Of a DNA stretch of 64,000 bases, positions 20,390 through 31,202 are shown one piece after another. The stretch spans positions 1,742 through 65,741 of the forward strand of contig CAMHKQ010000003.1 in assembly GCA_946185745.1 (NCBI GenBank), written 5' to 3'. The translations under genes and the position numbers were made by a program. How positions within the stretch are numbered: position 1 is the stretch's first letter; the number at the start of each line of letters is the position of its first letter. The stretch comes from an uncultured Bacteroidales bacterium. Lineage in GTDB: Bacteria > Bacteroidota > Bacteroidia > Bacteroidales > UBA932. The notes under the pieces were generated by a model, which was not told the DNA's origin, ran no database searches, and worked only from the letters and a program-made list of their open reading frames with translations.

Positions 20390-20992
20390 TTATTTGGAGT
20401 AAAGGTCGACGATGAGCTGCTCGTTGATGTTCTCGGGAATGTCAGCCCTTGCGGGGAGATTCAGGAACTTGCCGGAGAGGGCCTTGGCGTCGAACTCCAG
20501 CCAGGAGTACTTGTTTGCGGAAGCAACGCTGGCCTGGATGACCTCGAGGCTCTTGGAACGCTCACGGACGGCTACGATGTCGCCTGCCATGACCCTGGTG
20601 GAAGGAATGCTGCAGACCTTTCCGTTGAGGGTGATGTGGTGATGGTTCACGAGCTGGCGGGCAGCGGCCCTGGTGGGAGCGATACCGAGACGGTATACTA
20701 CGTTGTCGAGACGGCTCTCGAGGAGAAGGATGAGATTCTCACCCTTCAGGCCGGCCATGCGGGAAGCCTTGTCGTAGGTGTTGTGGAACTGGCGCTCCAG
20801 AACTCCGTACATGTACTTGACTTTCTGCTTCTCGGCGAGCTGGGTGCCGTATTCCTTGGTCTTCTTGCGCTTTGCGGCGAGACCGTGCTGTCCCGGAGGA
20901 TAGTTCCTCTTTTCGAAATTCTTGTCAGCCCCGTAGATGGGTTCACCGAACTTGCGGGCTATCTTGGTGGTTGGACCTGTGTATCTTGCCAT
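20390..20992 (-). CDS. rpsD: 30S ribosomal protein S4
   Basis: [36 protein letters not shown]. Confidence 0.98.
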   Translation of the reverse strand: MARYTGPTTKIARKFGEPIYGADKNFEKRNYPPGQHGLAAKRKKTKEYGTQLAEKQKVKYMYGVLERQFHNTYDKASRMAGLKGENLILLLESRLDNVVYRLGIAPTRAAARQLVNHHHITLNGKVCSIPSTRVMAGDIVAVRERSKSLEVIQASVASANKYSWLEFDAKALSGKFLNLPARADIPENINEQLIVDLYSK

Positions 20993-21012
20993 GGTAACTG
21001 TACTTTTAAGAG

Positions 21013-21399
21013 TTAAACTTTACGACGGCCCTTTGGTCTGCAACCGTTGTGCGGCATCGGGGTGACGTCGATGATCTCGGAAACTATGATGCCTGCATTG
21101 TTGATGGTGCGGATGGCGCTTTCACGACCGGCACCGGGACCTTTCACGTATACCTTGACCCTGCGGAGACCGGCGTCGTAAGCAGTCTTGCTTGCGTCCT
21201 CGGCGGCCATCTGGGCAGCATACGGGGTGTTCTTCTTGGAACCCCTGAAACCGCATTTTCCGGCGGAGCTCCAGCTGATGACCTGGCCCTGGCCGTTGGC
21301 CAGAGTGACGATCACGTTGTTGAAAGTAGAGGTGATATGGGCTTCGCCATACGCGTCTACCTTGACAACCCTCTTGGATGTTGTAGTTTTCTTTGCCAT
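21013..21399 (-). CDS. rpsK: 30S ribosomal protein S11
   Basis: [30 protein letters not shown]. Confidence 0.98.
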   Translation of the reverse strand: MAKKTTTSKRVVKVDAYGEAHITSTFNNVIVTLANGQGQVISWSSAGKCGFRGSKKNTPYAAQMAAEDASKTAYDAGLRRVKVYVKGPGAGRESAIRTINNAGIIVSEIIDVTPMPHNGCRPKGRRKV

Positions 21400-21414
21400 A
21401 ATTCTTGGGGTCTG

Positions 21415-21789
21415 TTACTTGGTCGCCTTCTTCTTGTTGGCAACGGTCTTCTTCTTGCCCTTGCGGGTGCGGGCATTGTTCTTGGTGCTCTGGCCGCGTA
21501 CGGGGAGTCCGAGACGATGACGGATTCCGCGATAGCAACCGATGTCCATCAATCGCTTGATGTTCATCTGGACGGTGGTGCGGAGCTCGCCTTCGATGCG
21601 ATATTCAGATACCTCAGCACGGATGGCTGCGGTCTGGGCGTCGTCCCAGTCCCCACACTTGATGGCGCTGTCGATGCCGCACTTGTCGAGGATCTGCCTC
21701 GCCCTGCTGCGGCCGATACCGAAGATGTAGGTCAGGCCCACATCACCTCTTTTGTTGTTGGGTAAATCAACACCGGCTATTCTTGCCAT
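21415..21789 (-). CDS. rpsM: 30S ribosomal protein S13
   Basis: [37 protein letters not shown]. Confidence 0.98.
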   Translation of the reverse strand: MARIAGVDLPNNKRGDVGLTYIFGIGRSRARQILDKCGIDSAIKCGDWDDAQTAAIRAEVSEYRIEGELRTTVQMNIKRLMDIGCYRGIRHRLGLPVRGQSTKNNARTRKGKKKTVANKKKATK

Positions 21790-21821
21790 AATTTATCTGT
21801 AATTTATTGTTATACAATTTA

Positions 21822-21938
21822 TTAACCCTGGCGCATCTTGAACTTTGGGTTCTTCTTGCAGATTACGTAGAGACGACCTTTGCGCCTTACAATCTTGCAA
21901 TCTTCGCTGCGCTTCTTGATGGATGTCTTGACTTTCAT
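21822..21938 (-). CDS. rpmJ: 50S ribosomal protein L36 (38 aa, absent from the ORF track)
   Basis: Manual translation [38 protein letters not shown]; sits between infA and rpsM. Confidence 0.96.
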   Translation of the reverse strand: MKVKTSIKKRSEDCKIVRRKGRLYVICKKNPKFKMRQG

Positions 21939-21950
21939 ATCGATTGGATT

Positions 21951-22169
21951 TTATTTGTATCTGAAAGATATTCTTCCCTTGGTCAAATCGTAAGGAGATA
22001 TTTCAACCTTAACCCTGTCGCCCAGAAGGATGTGGATAAAGTGCATGCGCATCTTCCCTGAAATGTTGCAGAGAAGTACGTGACCGTTCTCAAGCTCGAC
22101 CTTGAACATCGCGTTTGGAAGGGTCTCGATGACCTTTCCGTCCTGTTCTATTGCTACTTGTTTAGACAT
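21951..22169 (-). CDS. infA: Translation initiation factor IF-1
   Basis: [38 protein letters not shown]. Confidence 0.97.
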   Translation of the reverse strand: MSKQVAIEQDGKVIETLPNAMFKVELENGHVLLCNISGKMRMHFIHILLGDRVKVEISPYDLTKGRISFRYK

Positions 22170-22181
22170 TAAAATATTGCT

Positions 22182-22961
22182 TTAAAATTTGATTGCGGGA
22201 TCTTTCTCGATAAACTCGAAGGTAGACAGCTGCTCGGCACGGCCTTTACGGACAACAACCGTAAGTTCGTAATGTGCAGTGTTGCTCCGGTCTGCGCTGT
22301 GAACGCTCCAGCCGTTACGGTCCAGGTACACACTCCTGCCGCCGGCTATGACCATGGGCTCGATGCATATGGTCATTCCTTCAATCAGCTTGGGGCCGCG
22401 GCCCGGGAGCCCGAAATTCGGGACTCCGGGGTCTTCGTGCATCCCCTTGCCGATTCCGTGGCCCTCGAGTTCGCGGACCACTGAATAACCGAATGACTCG
22501 ACGTACGATTGCACCGCGTGTCCGATATCGCCGACACGGGCGCCGGCCACGGCAGCCTCTATGCCCTTGTAGAGCGAGGCCTTTGTGACATCGAGCAGGC
22601 GGCGGGTTTCAGGCGACACTTCCCCGACAGGGAAAGTGTACGCCGAATCGCCGCTATACCCTTTGTACAAAGTGGTTATGTCCGCGGTGACGATGTCGCC
22701 CTCTTTGAGGGGCTCGTCGGACGGGATGCCGTGCACGACCACATCGTTCACCGAAGTGCATATTGCCGCGGGGAAGCCCTCGAAACCGAGAGAAGAAGGA
22801 ATTGCGCCGTTGTCGCGGATGAAGGTTTCGGCTATGCGGCTCAACTCTTTGGTCGAGACGCCGGGAGCCACAGCCTTGCCCACTTCGGCGAGAGCCTTCG
22901 ACACGAGAATGCCATTCTCGCGCATCAGCTCTATTTCTTCCTCGGTCTTGGACTTAACCAT
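22182..22961 (-). CDS. map: Methionine aminopeptidase type I
   Basis: ICTSVNDVVVHGIP, GDSAYT, GHGIG..MHEDP, EPM; start could be 22979 (TTG) or 22961 (ATG). Confidence 0.93.
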   Translation of the reverse strand: MVKSKTEEEIELMRENGILVSKALAEVGKAVAPGVSTKELSRIAETFIRDNGAIPSSLGFEGFPAAICTSVNDVVVHGIPSDEPLKEGDIVTADITTLYKGYSGDSAYTFPVGEVSPETRRLLDVTKASLYKGIEAAVAGARVGDIGHAVQSYVESFGYSVVRELEGHGIGKGMHEDPGVPNFGLPGRGPKLIEGMTICIEPMVIAGGRSVYLDRNGWSVHSADRSNTAHYELTVVVRKGRAEQLSTFEFIEKDPAIKF

Positions 22962-22985
22962 CTTGCTTCGAAATTTCAAGGATCT

Positions 22986-24323
22986 CTACATGCCCGAACG
23001 TCCGCTCAGACGGCCGGTCTTCATGAGGCCGTCGTAGTGACGCATGAGCAGGTAACTTTCTATCTGCTGGAGCGTATCCAGGACAACACCCACAAGGATC
23101 AGCAGCGAGGTGCCGCCGAAGAAGCTTGCGAACTGGTTGTTGACTCCCAGAAGAATTGCGAAAGCAGGCAGAATTGCGATGATGCCCAGGAAGATGGAGC
23201 CGGGGAGGGTAACCTTGGACATGATGTTGTCGAGGTATTCCACGGTCTTCTTGCCAGGCTTCACACCCGGAATGAACCCACCATTGCGCTTCATGTCCTC
23301 CGCCATCTGGGTAGGATTGATGGTTACCGCAGTGTAGAAGTAGGTGAAGATGATGATGAGAACAAAGAATATGAAGTTATACCAGAAACCGGTATAGTTG
23401 CTGAGCGTGGCAGCGAGCCCGCGCGTTGCATCCCAGCGGGAGAACAGCAGCGGGAAGAGCATCAGGGCCTGGGCGAAGATGATAGGCATAACGCCCGCGG
23501 CGTTGATCTTGAGGGGGATGTACTGGCGGACGCCGCCGTACTGGCGGTTTCCGACAACCCTCTTGGCATACTGGACGGGAACCCTGCGGACTGCCTGTAC
23601 GAGGGCGACTGCCGCAACGATTACGAAGAACCATATGAGCAGCTCCACGACGAAGAAGAGCGCACCGCCGCTGGTGGTGGAGAACTTCTCGCCGAACTCG
23701 GCAATGAGGGCGTAAGGCAGACGGGCCACGATACCTATCATGATGATGAGGGAGATACCGTTGCCGATGCCGCGGTCAGTGATGCGCTCACCTAGCCACA
23801 TGACGAACATGGAGCCGGCCATGATGATGACGGTGGCCACCATGTTGTACATGAAGTTGCTCCATCCGAGGCTGTTGACCGCCACGAATGCCTGAGCGGG
23901 GATCTGGCTGTGAAGGGAAGCGATGTACGCGGGGCCCTGGATGCAGATGATCAGGATGGTGAGATACCTGGTGATCTGATTCATCTTCTGGCGGCCGCTC
24001 TCGCCTTCAGTCTGAAGCTTGCGGAAGTAGGGTACGAACATTCCGAGAAGCTGGACCACGATGGATGCCGAGATGTACGGCATCACACCGAGCGCAAAGA
24101 TGGAAGCGTTGCCCATGGCACCGCCGGAGAACATGTTCAGAAGGCCTACGAGACCTTGAGAAGTAGCGCTCTGGAGCTTTGCAAGCATGGTGGCATCGAT
24201 GCCCGGGAGCACGATGAAGCACCCGAGGCGATAGATGATCACCAGGAGGAGGGTGTAGCCCAGCCTCTTGCGCAGCTCTTCTATCTTGAAGATGTTCTTG
24301 ATTGTTTCGATAAACTTCTTCAT
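22986..24323 (-). CDS. secY: Preprotein translocase SecY
   Basis: SIFALGVMPYISASI, GIGNGISLII, GFIPGVKPG, GGTSLLI. Confidence 0.98.
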   Translation of the reverse strand: MKKFIETIKNIFKIEELRKRLGYTLLLVIIYRLGCFIVLPGIDATMLAKLQSATSQGLVGLLNMFSGGAMGNASIFALGVMPYISASIVVQLLGMFVPYFRKLQTEGESGRQKMNQITRYLTILIICIQGPAYIASLHSQIPAQAFVAVNSLGWSNFMYNMVATVIIMAGSMFVMWLGERITDRGIGNGISLIIMIGIVARLPYALIAEFGEKFSTTSGGALFFVVELLIWFFVIVAAVALVQAVRRVPVQYAKRVVGNRQYGGVRQYIPLKINAAGVMPIIFAQALMLFPLLFSRWDATRGLAATLSNYTGFWYNFIFFVLIIIFTYFYTAVTINPTQMAEDMKRNGGFIPGVKPGKKTVEYLDNIMSKVTLPGSIFLGIIAILPAFAILLGVNNQFASFFGGTSLLILVGVVLDTLQQIESYLLMRHYDGLMKTGRLSGRSGM

Positions 24324-24326
24324 GGT

Positions 24327-24776
24327 TTATTCGATTACAACTGCCTTACCGCCGGCAGCTTCGATTTTGCTGATTGCAGATTTGGAGAATGCATCCGCGG
24401 TGACGGTGACGGCGCTCTTGATTTCGCCGTTGCCGAGAACCTTGACGAGGTCCTTCTTGGAAGCGAGGCGGTATGCCTTCATGAGCTCGACGCCGATCTC
24501 GGTTGCCTTTTCGGCATCTGCGATGGCCTGGAGAGCGCTGAGGCTGACAGCCTGGTACTCGACGCGGGTGGGATTCTTGAAGCCGAACTTGGGAAGACGG
24601 CGCTGAAGGGGCATCTGGCCGCCTTCGAAGCCGATCTTGTGCTCGTAACCGGCACGGGCCTTCGCGCCCTTGGTGCCACGGGTGGCGGTGCCGCCCCTTC
24701 CGGAGCCTTCGCCGCGACCTACGCGCTTGTTATTCTTGGTTGAACCAGCTGCGGGTTTGATGTTTTCGAGTTTCAT
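24327..24776 (-). CDS. rplO: 50S ribosomal protein L15
   Basis: RVGRGEGSGRG, FEGGQMPLQRRLPKFGF. Confidence 0.97.
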   Translation of the reverse strand: MKLENIKPAAGSTKNNKRVGRGEGSGRGGTATRGTKGAKARAGYEHKIGFEGGQMPLQRRLPKFGFKNPTRVEYQAVSLSALQAIADAEKATEIGVELMKAYRLASKKDLVKVLGNGEIKSAVTVTADAFSKSAISKIEAAGGKAVVIE

Positions 24777-24788
24777 TTCTTTCCCTCC

Positions 24789-24971
24789 TTAGTCTATTAC
24801 TTCGTATTTTACGAGATGGGCTACTTTCGCAAGCTGGCCGCGGGTGATGGGAGTATCCTCCACCTCGACGGTCTGGTGCATGCGACGCAGTCCGAGATTG
24901 AGCAGATTGGCCTTCTGACGCTTGTCTTCGCCATTCTTGCTGACTACCTGTGTAATTCTGAGTTTTGCCAT
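24789..24971 (-). CDS. rpmD: 50S ribosomal protein L30
   Basis: KLRITQVVS, LGLRRMHQTV; between rpsE and rplO. Confidence 0.93.
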   Translation of the reverse strand: MAKLRITQVVSKNGEDKRQKANLLNLGLRRMHQTVEVEDTPITRGQLAKVAHLVKYEVID

Positions 24972-24983
24972 TGTCAGTTCCTC

Positions 24984-25502
24984 CTAGCCTTTAAATACCT
25001 TGCTCATCGGAATACCGCGCAGGCCTGCCACGGTGTAGGCGTCCCTCATTTCGGTGAGAGCCTGCACAGTTGCCTTGACGAGGTTGTGGGGATTGCTGGA
25101 ACCCTTGCTCTTTGCAAGCACGTTCTGGATTCCGGCGCTCTCGAACACTGCACGCATGGCGCCGCCGGCCTTGACACCGGTACCGGGAGCCGCAGGTTTC
25201 ATGAATACCTTTGCTCCGCCGTATGCAGTCTCCTGCTCGTGGGGAATGGTGGAGTTGATGACGGGAACCTTAACGAGGTTCTTCTTCGCATCCTCAGTGC
25301 CCTTGGCTATAGCTGCAGTGACCTCATTGGCCTTGCCAAGCCCGTAGCCTACAACACCGTTTTCATCACCTACCACAACGATAGCGGCAAAGCGGAAGTG
25401 GCGGCCGCCCTTGGTGACCTTGGTCACCCTCTGGATAGCTACCAGTCTGTCCTTGAGTTCAAGATCAGACGTTTTGACTCTTTTAACGTTTGTATTTGCC
25501 AT
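24984..25502 (-). CDS. rpsE: 30S ribosomal protein S5
   Basis: [26 protein letters not shown]. Confidence 0.97.
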   Translation of the reverse strand: MANTNVKRVKTSDLELKDRLVAIQRVTKVTKGGRHFRFAAIVVVGDENGVVGYGLGKANEVTAAIAKGTEDAKKNLVKVPVINSTIPHEQETAYGGAKVFMKPAAPGTGVKAGGAMRAVFESAGIQNVLAKSKGSSNPHNLVKATVQALTEMRDAYTVAGLRGIPMSKVFKG

Positions 25503-25514
25503 AGTCTCTTGTTT

Positions 25515-25877
25515 TTAGAAGATCAGGCCGCCTTCGCGGGCAGCGTCTGCCAGACTCTTTACACGGCCGTGGAAGAGGTAACCTCCGCGGTCGAAGGAGA
25601 CGGTCTTAATGCCGGCCGCGATAGCGCGCTCGGCGATGGCCTTGCCGACGATGGCAGCTGCCTCGACGCCGGTCTTGCCTTTGCACTGTGCTGCGAGAGC
25701 CTTGTCGTTGGAAGATGCGGCAGCGAGAGTCTTGCCGGCCTCGTCGTCGATGACCTGGCAGTAGATCTGCTTGTTGCTGCGGAATACGGCCAGACGGGGC
25801 CTTTCGGCGGTGCCGCTGACATGCTTGCGGATGCGATAATGTATCCTCTGCCTTCTTGCTATTCTAGATAATGCCAT
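25515..25877 (-). CDS. rplR: 50S ribosomal protein L18
   Basis: [26 protein letters not shown]. Confidence 0.97.
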   Translation of the reverse strand: MALSRIARRQRIHYRIRKHVSGTAERPRLAVFRSNKQIYCQVIDDEAGKTLAAASSNDKALAAQCKGKTGVEAAAIVGKAIAERAIAAGIKTVSFDRGGYLFHGRVKSLADAAREGGLIF

Positions 25878-25894
25878 AATTCTTTCCTCCTACA

Positions 25895-26455
25895 TTATTT
25901 GGCTGCAGCGGTCTTACCTGCCTTGCGGCGGAGCTGTTCGCCTACGAACTTGATACCCTTGCCCTTGTACGGTTCGGGCTTACGGAACGAGCGGATCTTG
26001 GCGGCTACCTGGCCCACCAGCTGCTTGTCGCAGCTCTTGAGCACGAGCTTGGGGGTCTCGCCCTTCTTTATTTCGGGAACTTCAGCCTTTACCTCGGGAG
26101 GAAGCATGAGCTGGATGTCGTGAGAATAACCGAGGGAGAAGGTGAGAAGCTGGCCCTGTACGGATACGCGGTATCCGACACCGACAAGCTCCTGCCTGAT
26201 GGTGAATCCCTCGCTTACACCTACCACCATGTTATGTACGAGCGCGCGATACAGGCCGTGCATTGAACGGTGACGCGGGTTGTCGGTGGGGCGGGTGAAC
26301 TTGATTTCGTTGTCCTCAATGGTGATGTTGATGTCGGGATCTACTTTCTGCGACAGCTCACCGAGAGGGCCTTTAACCTTCACAACGTTGCCAGGCATGA
26401 TTTCAACGCTCACACCGGCCGGAAGGTTTACAGGCAATTTACCGATTCGTGACAT
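25895..26455 (-). CDS. rplF: 50S ribosomal protein L6
   Basis: MSRIGKLPV, RKPEPYKGKGI. Confidence 0.97.
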   Translation of the reverse strand: MSRIGKLPVNLPAGVSVEIMPGNVVKVKGPLGELSQKVDPDINITIEDNEIKFTRPTDNPRHRSMHGLYRALVHNMVVGVSEGFTIRQELVGVGYRVSVQGQLLTFSLGYSHDIQLMLPPEVKAEVPEIKKGETPKLVLKSCDKQLVGQVAAKIRSFRKPEPYKGKGIKFVGEQLRRKAGKTAAAK

Positions 26456-26474
26456 TTATTGTTTTGTTTAAGGA

Positions 26475-26870
26475 TTAATATACGTAGCACATTACTTCGC
26501 CGCCGACGCCCATTTCGCGGGCCTTCTTGTCGGTGACGATGCCCTTGGAGGTGGAGACGATGGCTATGCCGAGCCCGTTGAGGACGCGGGGAAGCTCGTC
26601 CACTCCGTTGTAACGCCTCAGACCGGGAGAGCTCACGCGCTCGATGCCCTTGATGGCGGGCATCTTGGTCTCGGGATGATACTTGAGAGCTATCTTGATG
26701 GTATTAAAGGGATTTCCTTCCACTACCTTGTAGCTGAGGATGTAGCCCTGCTCGCACAGAATCGCGGTGATGGCTTCCTTGACCTTGGAGGAAGGAATTT
26801 CCACGACCTTCTTTCCTGCCATGTAGGCATTGCGGATTCTGGTAAGGTAATCTGCGATTGGATCAGTCAT
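26475..26870 (-). CDS. rpsH: 30S ribosomal protein S8
   Basis: [32 protein letters not shown]. Confidence 0.97.
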   Translation of the reverse strand: MTDPIADYLTRIRNAYMAGKKVVEIPSSKVKEAITAILCEQGYILSYKVVEGNPFNTIKIALKYHPETKMPAIKGIERVSSPGLRRYNGVDELPRVLNGLGIAIVSTSKGIVTDKKAREMGVGGEVMCYVY

Positions 26871-26890
26871 ATCTTTATACTTTTAATATT

Positions 26891-27160
26891 CTACCAGCTT
26901 GCCTTCTTTACTCCGGGAATGAGACCGTTGGATGCCATCTCACGGAACTGGATACGGCTGAGGCCGAATTCCCTCATGTATCCCCTGGGTCTGCCGGTGA
27001 GCGAGCAGCGGTTGTGCAGACGCACGGGGCTTGCGTTCTTGGGCAGCTTGTCCAATGCGGCGTAGTCTCCGGCAGCCTTGAGGGCGGCTCTCTTTTCGGC
27101 ATATTTAGCAACCATCTTAGCGCGCTTCACTTCGCGGGCTTTCATTGATTCTTTTGCCAT
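26891..27160 (-). CDS. rpsN: 30S ribosomal protein S14 (89 aa, non-zinc type)
   Basis: [29 protein letters not shown]. Confidence 0.97.
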   Translation of the reverse strand: MAKESMKAREVKRAKMVAKYAEKRAALKAAGDYAALDKLPKNASPVRLHNRCSLTGRPRGYMREFGLSRIQFREMASNGLIPGVKKASW

Positions 27161-27165
27161 ATTCT

Positions 27166-27768
27166 TTAGTTGTTATGTTTCTTGAAAGGAAGCCCGAATG
27201 CGGCGAGGAGAGCGTGGCACTCTTCGTCGGTCTTGGCAGTGGTGACAAAGCTTATCTCCATGCCGTGGATGCGGGGGTTCTTGTCGATGTCGATCTCGGG
27301 GAAGATGACCTGCTCCTTGATGCCGAGGGTGTAGTTTCCGCGGCCGTCCATGTTCTCGGCGATACCGTTGAAGTCACGGATACGGGGAAGGGTCACACGG
27401 ATGAGCTTCTCGAGGAACTCGTACATCTTGACGTCGCGCAGAGTGACCTTGCAGCCAACCGGCATGCCCTTACGGAGCTTGAAGTTGGAGATGTCCTTGC
27501 GGGAGTAGGTGATGACGGCCTTCTGGCCGGTGATGAGGGAGAGCTCTTCGGCTGCATCCTCGACAACCTTCTTGTCCTGGGTGCCTTCGCCGACGCCTTC
27601 ATTGATGGTTATCTTCGTCAGGCGCGGAACGGCCATCGGAGTGTCGAATGAGAACTTCTTCACGAGAGAGGGAACTATTTCCTCCTTGTAAAGCTTCTTG
27701 AGGGCGGGAACATAACCCTTGGGGGCCGGCTGCTGCCCTGCCGTTTCTTTTTTATTCTGCTTTGCCAT
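27166..27768 (-). CDS. rplE: 50S ribosomal protein L5
   Basis: [39 protein letters not shown]. Confidence 0.97.
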   Translation of the reverse strand: MAKQNKKETAGQQPAPKGYVPALKKLYKEEIVPSLVKKFSFDTPMAVPRLTKITINEGVGEGTQDKKVVEDAAEELSLITGQKAVITYSRKDISNFKLRKGMPVGCKVTLRDVKMYEFLEKLIRVTLPRIRDFNGIAENMDGRGNYTLGIKEQVIFPEIDIDKNPRIHGMEISFVTTAKTDEECHALLAAFGLPFKKHNN

Positions 27769-27770
27769 GA

Positions 27771-28100
27771 TTACTTGATCTCCTGTCCTGATTTTTTAGA
27801 CACGCGCACCTTCTTGCCGTCCTCGATCTTGTAACCCACGCGGGTGGGAACCGGCTTCGCAGCGGTGCTGGCGGGGTCGAGAAGATTTACGTTGGAAATA
27901 TGAATGCCCGCTTCCTTCTTGACGATGCCGCCCTGGGGCTGCTTAGGATTGGGTTTCGTGTGCTTGCTGACGAGGTTCACGCCCTCCACTATCACACGGT
28001 CTTTGTCTTTGAGTATGGTGAGGACCTTTCCGGTCTTGCCCTTGTCGTTTCCGGCGTTTACGTAAACGGTGTCGCCTTTCTTGATTTTAAGCTTTTTCAT
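27771..28100 (-). CDS. rplX: 50S ribosomal protein L24
   Basis: [29 protein letters not shown]. Confidence 0.97.
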   Translation of the reverse strand: MKKLKIKKGDTVYVNAGNDKGKTGKVLTILKDKDRVIVEGVNLVSKHTKPNPKQPQGGIVKKEAGIHISNVNLLDPASTAAKPVPTRVGYKIEDGKKVRVSKKSGQEIK

Positions 28101-28112
28101 GATGCTGTGATA

Positions 28113-28478
28113 TTAGAGGACCTCCGGTGCCAGTGAAACGATTTTCATGTAATTCTCGCGGAGCTCGCGTGCAACCGGTCCGAAGATACGGGTGCCGCGG
28201 AGTTCGCCGGCCTGGTTCAGAAGGACGCAGGCGTTGTCGTCGAAGCGGATATAAGAACCGTCCGCACGACGGATTTCCTTCTTGGTGCGTACTACGACAG
28301 CCCTGGAGACCGTACCCTTCTTGGCGTCGCCGCCGGGGATGGCGCTCTTGATGGCGACTACGATGGTGTCGCCGACCGTCGCATAACGATGGTGGGTACC
28401 GCCAAGCACACGGATGCAAAGGACTTCCTTGGCTCCGCTGTTGTCGGCCACCTGTAAACGTGTTTCCTGCTGTATCAT
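28113..28478 (-). CDS. rplN: 50S ribosomal protein L14
   Basis: [29 protein letters not shown]. Confidence 0.98.
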   Translation of the reverse strand: MIQQETRLQVADNSGAKEVLCIRVLGGTHHRYATVGDTIVVAIKSAIPGGDAKKGTVSRAVVVRTKKEIRRADGSYIRFDDNACVLLNQAGELRGTRIFGPVARELRENYMKIVSLAPEVL

Positions 28479-28480
28479 AA

Positions 28481-28735
28481 CTACTTGGCTTTTTCTACGA
28501 TTTTAACTACTCTCCAGTTCTTGGTCTTGCTCAGCGGACGGGTCTCCATGATGAGGACAGTGTCTCCCTCGCCACATTCGTTCTTCTCGTCGTGGGCAAC
28601 GAACTTTGCCGTGGTCTTGACGAACTTGCCGTAAAGGGGATGCATCTCCTTACGTTCTACAGCAACGACGACGGTCTTGTCCATCTTGCTGCTGACCACA
28701 ACACCTTGTCTTTCCTTGCGAAGATTTCTTTCCAT
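28481..28735 (-). CDS. rpsQ: 30S ribosomal protein S17
   Basis: [27 protein letters not shown]. Confidence 0.97.
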   Translation of the reverse strand: MERNLRKERQGVVVSSKMDKTVVVAVERKEMHPLYGKFVKTTAKFVAHDEKNECGEGDTVLIMETRPLSKTKNWRVVKIVEKAK

Positions 28736-28746
28736 GGGAATATCTT

Positions 28747-28944
28747 TTAATTCAGTTGTTTTTCTTTCTCGGCCAGGACAGTGATCATGAGAGCGATGTC
28801 ATGGCGGGTCTTCTTAAACTTGGAGGTATCTTCCAACGGAGAAATCGCATGGTTGATTTTCATGGTCTCGAGATTTCCTTTCTCGACCTGGATTTTGTCG
28901 CGCAGGTCTGCTACAGACATTTCGCGGGCTTCAGCTGCTTTCAT
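28747..28944 (-). CDS. rpmC: 50S ribosomal protein L29
   Basis: [10 protein letters not shown] start; between rplP and rpsQ; 65 aa. Confidence 0.9.
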   Translation of the reverse strand: MKAAEAREMSVADLRDKIQVEKGNLETMKINHAISPLEDTSKFKKTRHDIALMITVLAEKEKQLN

Positions 28945-28964
28945 TTCTTGTTCTCCATTAAAGA

Positions 28965-29384
28965 TTATTCGGTATAGTCCCTCCTGACCACGAACTTGGT
29001 GGCGATGGGAAGTTTGTTGGCGCCCAGGCGCATTGCTTCCTTGGCAATTGCGAGGGACACGCCTTCGGCCTCGAAAAGGATGCGGCCGGGAGTGATGGGG
29101 GCAACCCATGCATAGACGTCGCCCTTACCCTTACCCATACGGGTGTCGAGAGGCTTCTTGGTGATAGGCTTCACAGGGAAGACGCGGATCCAGATCTGGC
29201 CCTCACGGTTCATATAGCGGGAGATTGCCTGACGGGCGGCCTCGATTTGCTGAGCCGTGAGCCAGCAGTTCTCCAGGGTCTTGATTCCGAAAGAACCGAA
29301 TGCGAGCTGATTACCCCTCTGGGCGTTGCCCTTCATGACGTTCTTCTGTTCCCTGCGGTACTTGGTACGTTTTGGCTGTAACAT
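28965..29384 (-). CDS. rplP: 50S ribosomal protein L16
   Basis: [26 protein letters not shown]. Confidence 0.97.
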   Translation of the reverse strand: MLQPKRTKYRREQKNVMKGNAQRGNQLAFGSFGIKTLENCWLTAQQIEAARQAISRYMNREGQIWIRVFPVKPITKKPLDTRMGKGKGDVYAWVAPITPGRILFEAEGVSLAIAKEAMRLGANKLPIATKFVVRRDYTE

Positions 29385-29497
29385 TTTATTACAATTATTA
29401 TAGTTTAACTGAAATTCAATTTCCCCATCCCGGGCGATTTTTATTTAACCAATTGAGTATCAAATAGTTGGCTTTTAAAGGGCCCATTTTGGGACTG

Positions 29498-29528
29498 CAA
29501 ATTTAGTGAAATTTTTCTTTCCGGCAAG
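29498..29528 (-). promoter_or_regulatory. Dedicated promoter for the rplP-to-rplQ operon
   Basis: CTTG-19 nt-TAAATTTG on - strand, matching Bacteroidetes -33/-7 spacing, about 110 nt upstream of rplP. Confidence 0.75.
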
Positions 29529-29639
29529 TATTTCGGCAAAATTTTTGAAACATTTTCGACACGAAAACCGAATAGTCAACTGCCAACTTTTCAGGAAGTT
29601 ACAATTTTGGACAAAATTTTTTTTACTACCTTTGCGACC

Positions 29640-30476
29640 GTGAAAAAGACAGTCCTCATACTGCTCGCCCTGCTGCTGTGCATCCCCTCGGAAGCGCAGC
29701 TGTTCAGGTCGCGCAGGAAGAAGGCCCAGAAAGAGCAGACGGAACAGCGGGAAGCGGCCGCGGAAGGGCAGACCGGCGTGCGCAGGGTCTCCGGGGTTCC
29801 CATGTTCTATGAGGTGATCGACGGCGACACGGTCTTCGTGGACGCCATCGACCCGGTGTGGTGCTTCCCCAGGGGGTACAAGCCCAAGGGCACCGACTGG
29901 CGCAAGAACTACAGGCTGGTTTACAACTTCAACAAAGTATACCCCTACGCCCTCGCGGGCCGCAAGATGATGGCCCAGATAGACAGCACCCTGGCCGCCG
30001 ACGCATCTAAGCGCAGCCAGCGCAACGCCTACACCCACGACGTGATGATGGAAATGTTCAGCCTCTTCGAGAAGGACATCCGCAACATGTCGGTATCCCA
30101 GGGAATGATGCTGATGCGCCTGATCGACCGCGAGTGCGGCGAGCCGCCCTACGGCATCATCAAGGAATACAGGAACGGCTTCACCGCGGGGTTCTGGCAG
30201 CTGGTAGCCAAGCTGTTCGGCGCCGACCTCAAGAAGCGCTACGAACCCGCGGGCGCCGACAAGGACATCGAGAGCCTGGTGCATATCTGGGAAAGCGGCG
30301 GCTGGGATTCGTTCTACTACTCCATTTTCTTCGAACAGCCAAAAAAGACGGTGATAGCGCGGGAACGCCTTCAGAGCACGGTCAAAAGCCGCGAAGACCG
30401 CCGCAAGATGAAGCAGGACGATGAGAAGGAGAAAGGGATAATGAAGCGCGCCCTGGAGCTAGCGAACGAAGACTGA
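29640..30476 (+). CDS. Exported protein, DUF4294-like
   Basis: GTG start 5 nt after TACCTTTG; signal peptide; RLVYNFNKVYPYA, GMMLMRLIDRE, FWQLVAKLFG. Confidence 0.7.
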   Translation: MKKTVLILLALLLCIPSEAQLFRSRRKKAQKEQTEQREAAAEGQTGVRRVSGVPMFYEVIDGDTVFVDAIDPVWCFPRGYKPKGTDWRKNYRLVYNFNKVYPYALAGRKMMAQIDSTLAADASKRSQRNAYTHDVMMEMFSLFEKDIRNMSVSQGMMLMRLIDRECGEPPYGIIKEYRNGFTAGFWQLVAKLFGADLKKRYEPAGADKDIESLVHIWESGGWDSFYYSIFFEQPKKTVIARERLQSTVKSREDRRKMKQDDEKEKGIMKRALELANED

Positions 30477-31202
30477 CAGTTCGCCTCCCTCCAGTTCGGC
30501 ATGGGGCTCGCCGCCCGTAATCCAGTCTTTCAGAATCACGAGACGCGAAGCGCCCGGCCAGATCTCACCGGTCCGGACAGGCATGTCCACGGCGTTGTGG
30601 AAGTGGCCGAAGATGCAGTAGTCGGTGTGCCGCTCCGCACAGGCCTTGAGGCAGTACCGGTACAAAGGCTCATCCACACCGTTGAACTGATAGTGCGAAT
30701 GGCTTTCCCGGCTGGAATTGCTCCACTTCTTGGCCAATCCAAAGGCAATCCACGGGTGAAGAGTGCTGAACAGCTTCTGACACAGCCGGTTATGGAACAC
30801 CTTGAGCATGAAGTCGTACGATTTCGAGGACGGAGCCAGGCCGTCGCCGTGGCCCAGCAGGAGGCTTTTCCCCTGCAGTTCAACCCGGTACGGCTGCTGA
30901 ATCACCTTCACGCCCAGATTCTGCCAGAAGGAATACAGCCACACGTCGTGGTTGCCCGGAATGTAATAAACCGGGATTCCGGCGTCCAGCAGGTCGGTGA
31001 TGGCGGCAATGACACGAACCCCCTCGCGGGGAATCACGTCGCGGTATTCATACCAGAAGTCCCAGATGTCGCCGAGCAGATACAGGCCCTCGGTGCCGGG
31101 CCTGTGCAGGAGGGAGCGCAGCCACGCCACGAAGCGGGCCTCCCTCTCTGCGGGATCGCCGGCGGCGAGCCCCAGATGCACATCGGCGGCAAAGAAGATC
31201 AT
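30459..31202 (-). CDS. lpxH: UDP-2,3-diacylglucosamine diphosphatase (metallophosphoesterase)
   Basis: ADVHLG, LGDIWDFWYE, GNHD, HGDG and FGHFH motifs. Confidence 0.85.
   Translation of the reverse strand: MIFFAADVHLGLAAGDPAEREARFVAWLRSLLHRPGTEGLYLLGDIWDFWYEYRDVIPREGVRVIAAITDLLDAGIPVYYIPGNHDVWLYSFWQNLGVKVIQQPYRVELQGKSLLLGHGDGLAPSSKSYDFMLKVFHNRLCQKLFSTLHPWIAFGLAKKWSNSSRESHSHYQFNGVDEPLYRYCLKACAERHTDYCIFGHFHNAVDMPVRTGEIWPGASRLVILKDWITGGEPHAELEGGELSVFVR

Noticed and set aside
28965-29384. L16 substitutions (FPVKP, TAQQIE) as a resistance or paralogue signal
   Set aside because: Key arginines and RMGKGKG are intact; divergence looks like ordinary lineage variation
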